IMG/VR virus record: IMGVR_UViG_3300037189_023236
Strand: one strand, 5' to 3'
DNA length: 64,000 bases
From: a virus
Shown in pieces: positions 60,826 to 64,000 of this stretch. How positions within the stretch are numbered: the first letter of the stretch is position 1; every line of letters begins with the position of its first letter. The translations under genes and the position numbers were made by a program. The notes below the pieces were generated by a model, which had not been told where the DNA came from, searched no databases, and saw nothing but the letters and a program-made list of their open reading frames with translations.

Positions 60826-61278
60826 TCAACCACCGTCCGAGCTAGTCTCGCCAGTTGCACGCTTGTGCCCGGCTTCAATTACGCGCTCGGCGACGTAAGT
60901 CCAATCCACCATCGTTAACGACGCTTTGACTACACACACAACGTGCATAAGTCCAGCAGCGCTCCGCGTGGCGTTGTCCTTTAATTTTTTGATTTGTTTT
61001 TCAGTTACCGCGTCACCAAGCGCGTCGACCTGCATTAGCGTCTTTGTGACCATCAAGATCGACTCTTTTGTCAGTCGATCGATTAGGTGCTCGGCAAACG
61101 CTGCGGTGGCTGAGTACGCCTCTTCCGGGAACGGGCTGCCGTCCCCCGGGGGAAATTGGTATTCGGCTTGCGTTTTCAGTAACGCGCCGTAAATAGTGCC
61201 GCTTTCATCATCATCGTTTTTTTCTTTGTTGATGATGAGTTCGGCAATGTAAGAAGACAACTCATCGACTGCGAGCAT
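60826..61278 (-). CDS. hypothetical protein
   Basis: 150 aa with a GGAGG RBS. Confidence 0.6.
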   Translation of the reverse strand: MLAVDELSSYIAELIINKEKNDDDESGTIYGALLKTQAEYQFPPGDGSPFPEEAYSATAAFAEHLIDRLTKESILMVTKTLMQVDALGDAVTEKQIKKLKDNATRSAAGLMHVVCVVKASLTMVDWTYVAERVIEAGHKRATGETSSDGG

Positions 61279-61320
61279 GAACCCTCCACGGCACCCGGAG
61301 TGAAAAGCCGGGCTCTATTA

Positions 61321-61358
61321 AATATGCCGTGTTTTTGCTCGTTTTTTAGGGCTCAGAA
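61321..61358 (-). promoter_or_regulatory. putative phage promoter, copy 2 (CTAAA-N16-GGCATATT)
   Basis: Matches 12951-12988 and lies about 40 nt upstream of ATG 61278. Confidence 0.55.
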
Positions 61359-62354
61359 GCGCGACCGAATTCCAGAAGAATACGTGCCATACTGATACGT
61401 CGAGCCGACTTCGCCGTATGCGCCTTCCAGATTAATCTCAGCCTTCTTAACACGCACCCATTCTCTGTAGGCTTGCCAGCGCATTTGGCCAGCGCGTTCG
61501 TAATTAGCTTCTTTGTTTTGATCGTCTAGCGCTACCCCTGCGGCAGAATAATTCAGCTGATTTCGCCGGTATTGCTCTGCCGCCATCATAAACAGGTTAG
61601 CGCAAATACCCTCTAACCAGTGGTACCTAAACGGAAAAGTTTGCGTTGTAAAAACACCAATTGGTGGCGGGATCTCGTTCCAGTATTGAACGGGCCGCGT
61701 AATCGCAAGCGCAATTTCTGCGTCGTCGAACATTAGGTGGTCGAGCAAAAAGCTTTCAGACGGGCTGCTGTCGCGCAGATGCAGCCGGATTTCAGCTATA
61801 GATGGCGGACCACCTGCGGCCATATCCCCGAACGTGCTTCGCGTAATAATTAGCGAAAACAGATTCGAAAAAATAACGCAGGATTTCGTTTCTGGAGCAG
61901 GTACGGTTACAAGAGCAATTTCAGCGTAAAAAATGCCTGGGTATGCCACCGCGCTGCTGTCCAGCGTTGCCGAGACTTTCCCGGTTTCGGCGTCGACGAT
62001 AGTCGCGGTTAGTTCTTTAGGCGCCGCGTTTTCGCCGAGCAATATCTGTTCTTTTAACCGCAATACAACTTCGTACTCCGGTTCTGCTGGCGCTGGTGTC
62101 GGAAAACACGAACTTAAATCAACCGGATTATTGTCTTTGTCGTGCATCTGCCATTCGATCGTTGCGCATTGCCCCTGCGAAACCGTCACAGCGCGCATAC
62201 GGCTTAGCACAGGTTGCGCGTTAATAGTCGAAACAGCAGCGCTAACAACGTTCTGCCCGATCGCGGATACGGGCGGGTTTGGCGTCGGAGGCGGCTCTGC
62301 GATGTTGCAGCAGGGCGTAGCGGGAGGTGTGTTGGGCGTGCCGATGACAACCAT
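61353..62354 (-). CDS. putative head-tail adaptor with N-terminal Ig-like (BppU-like) domain
   Basis: QGQCATIEW...PVDLS...GKVSATL N-terminal domain and IRLHLRD...WNEIPP...GVALDD C-terminal domain, located near the capsid gene. Confidence 0.55.
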   Translation of the reverse strand: MVVIGTPNTPPATPCCNIAEPPPTPNPPVSAIGQNVVSAAVSTINAQPVLSRMRAVTVSQGQCATIEWQMHDKDNNPVDLSSCFPTPAPAEPEYEVVLRLKEQILLGENAAPKELTATIVDAETGKVSATLDSSAVAYPGIFYAEIALVTVPAPETKSCVIFSNLFSLIITRSTFGDMAAGGPPSIAEIRLHLRDSSPSESFLLDHLMFDDAEIALAITRPVQYWNEIPPPIGVFTTQTFPFRYHWLEGICANLFMMAAEQYRRNQLNYSAAGVALDDQNKEANYERAGQMRWQAYREWVRVKKAEINLEGAYGEVGSTYQYGTYSSGIRSRF

Positions 62355-62370
62355 AAAAACCTCGCGAGTA

Positions 62371-62406
62371 AAAACAAAAAGGCCGGCCCGGTTGGGCCAG
62401 CCTTTT
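62371..62406 (-). terminator. rho-independent terminator of the capsid operon
   Basis: AAAAGGCTGGCCC-AACC-GGGCCGGCCTTTTTGTTTT. Confidence 0.8.
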
Positions 62407-62438
62407 CATCTTATCACTAATGACTGTGACAATTAAAC

Positions 62439-62753
62439 TCAGTCCCAACCGTCGGGCGAAATTGTTTCGACCGCTCCATCGTTCACCGTCACCTGATCGA
62501 TGCTGTTGTCATCGGTGTCGGTGATGTATACGGCCGGGGAGTTGACGATAACAAGATCGCCGTCTTCAAGGGCCTTTTCAAGAGCCTTGAACTGGCGCTG
62601 ACTGCGCTGATTACCGAGCTTGGCGACGAGATCGCCAGGAACGGTAAACGTGGCGTTGTTAGCCAGTCGCTTGCCGTGCAGGCCGAGGAAACCGAATACG
62701 GCCTCCGCGCCCGACACATTCTTTACTGTGGTGTATAAGCCTGGTACTGCCAT
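62439..62753 (-). CDS. small head-associated protein
   Basis: 104 aa in the capsid operon, AGGAG RBS, high-expression codon bias. Confidence 0.6.
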   Translation of the reverse strand: MAVPGLYTTVKNVSGAEAVFGFLGLHGKRLANNATFTVPGDLVAKLGNQRSQRQFKALEKALEDGDLVIVNSPAVYITDTDDNSIDQVTVNDGAVETISPDGWD

Positions 62754-62770
62754 GTTACGCTCCTAGTTAG

Positions 62771-63160
62771 TTAACCTGCGTTATGCGCAGCGATTTCGGC
62801 CGCGGCACGCAGCTTTAAGACCGCGTCAGCGATCGCCGGCTGCTGCGCCGCAACTTCCGCCGCCTGATTGAACGCCGCAACTTTCTCCGAACCGGCCAAG
62901 CCGGCAGCGACAAGGGCAGCGTCTAGCTGCTCATTGGCGCTGGCGAGCTTGGAGGTTTGGACGGCCGCAGCTTTCTGCTGCTCAGCCGTATAGAGCACGT
63001 GCAGCTTATGGGCCGCGGCCCACATTTCCCCCGCCTCTTCTTCGGTGCGCGGCACGATGCCGTGCGCCGAGAGCTTCTCGAAGAAATAGGGAGCCGCAAG
63101 TTCCGTTACGAGCGTAGCGAAACCTTGCTCAGCGGCTTGCTTTACCTGATCCATAGCCAT
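62771..63160 (-). CDS. Ala-rich head-associated protein
   Basis: 129 aa directly after the capsid gene, with KQA, KAA, KLA and KVA motifs. Confidence 0.6.
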   Translation of the reverse strand: MAMDQVKQAAEQGFATLVTELAAPYFFEKLSAHGIVPRTEEEAGEMWAAAHKLHVLYTAEQQKAAAVQTSKLASANEQLDAALVAAGLAGSEKVAAFNQAAEVAAQQPAIADAVLKLRAAAEIAAHNAG

Positions 63161-63192
63161 GTCATGTGCTCCTAGATGTTAAGGCTTTGTTA

Positions 63193-64000
63193 TCACTTGA
63201 AGTCCACGCGGGCCAGACCGTTCGTGTGACCGAACGAGCCGCCTTGCGTGTTGTAGGCGAAGTACTCAAGCATGTAAGCCTCACGACGGATGTACATCGT
63301 GGTGGGCTCAAGCTCGTAGTTCTTGCCGATGAACTTCGGCGAGGCGAACATGAACAGGCTGTCCGTCGGGATGAGACCAGTCTTGATGGTCACGATCCAG
63401 CGGCAGTTGAGGAAGTTCGTCTCGGCCCAGCCGTTCTTGATGATGTCCTGCGAGAAGTCGCCGCCCATCTCGTCGCGACCGAACTTGAGGAGTTCCTTGA
63501 TCGTGATGTTATTCACGAGGCAAGTCTCAACCTCAAAGTGCGACGAGGTGCGGGGCATAACCTTCAGCGCGTCCACCAGCGTTTCACGGGTGATACCGCC
63601 GTAGATCTCTTCGTACTGCACATAACCAGACGCAACGTTCGCCACACCCGGGGTCGGGAGGACGGCGTTGAACGCCGCGATAAACTTGGAGTCTTCTTCG
63701 GCGAGCATGTCCTTGATCATGTTGTCCGACAGAACCTGGCGGATGTCCATGACGTAGGTGCGCAGCTCGTCAACGTCCTTCACAGCGCGAGGCGACACGA
63801 TCCGGTCAAACATGACGCGGTAGCGCGGGCCACGGATGTAGAAGTTGATCGGAAGTGTCGCAAACGGGAGCGACACAGCCGCCGGGGAATCGGGCTCCTT
63901 GTCCACAACCTTAACGGGCTTGTCAGTGTCAACCTGACGGTCAAGCTCGTCGTTGGTGATGGTCAGCGGCGGCATAATCCGCCGGTAGAACCCGTCTTCA
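63193..64000 (-). CDS. major capsid protein (N-terminus outside the window)
   Basis: The frame is open to the window edge (EDGFYRRIMPP...). HK97-like segments (KDMLAEEDSKFI; C-terminal GLARVDF), strongly biased codons, and position at the head of the structural region. Confidence 0.7.
   Translation of the reverse strand, partial: EDGFYRRIMPPLTITNDELDRQVDTDKPVKVVDKEPDSPAAVSLPFATLPINFYIRGPRYRVMFDRIVSPRAVKDVDELRTYVMDIRQVLSDNMIKDMLAEEDSKFIAAFNAVLPTPGVANVASGYVQYEEIYGGITRETLVDALKVMPRTSSHFEVETCLVNNITIKELLKFGRDEMGGDFSQDIIKNGWAETNFLNCRWIVTIKTGLIPTDSLFMFASPKFIGKNYELEPTTMYIRREAYMLEYFAYNTQGGSFGHTNGLARVDFK

Noticed and set aside
1-64000. Stop-codon reassignment
   Set aside because: Long genes are intact in the standard code, and TAA, TAG and TGA all terminate tightly packed genes.

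Overview
This window is a 64-kb segment of a large lytic-type tailed phage with a contractile tail, read in the standard genetic code. Almost all genes lie on the minus strand. From right to left it contains: the C-terminal part of the major capsid gene, head/neck genes, tail sheath and tube, a gp5/VgrG-like spike, a tail-chaperone pair with a -1 slippery site, the tape measure, a baseplate block with an embedded FliA/WhiG-like sigma factor, and about 24 kb of fibre/adhesin genes. The fibre genes include five paralogues plus giant Cys-rich proteins with Pro-Thr and poly-Ser linkers and RCC1, FGE-sulfatase and propeller domains. Next comes an ~400-nt highly structured non-coding region. The left end is a block of small non-structural genes (CsrA, stand-alone RNAP alpha-CTD, GNAT, acidic protein, degenerate primase-like protein, tRNA-Thr). 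Three plus-strand genes, including the terminase large subunit, are wedged into this block with essentially no intergenic space. Main candidates for novelty: (1) a large structured ncRNA at 12511-12913; (2) a 38-bp two-copy promoter-like motif, one copy just upstream of that RNA; (3) a PT/poly-Ser linker-based modular adhesin array that may be shuffled by recombination; (4) back-to-back start codons of antisense late genes; (5) a K-x-A motif that may mark protease-processed head proteins. A planctomycete-like host is a tentative inference. All product calls come from motif recognition by eye; no database searches were run.
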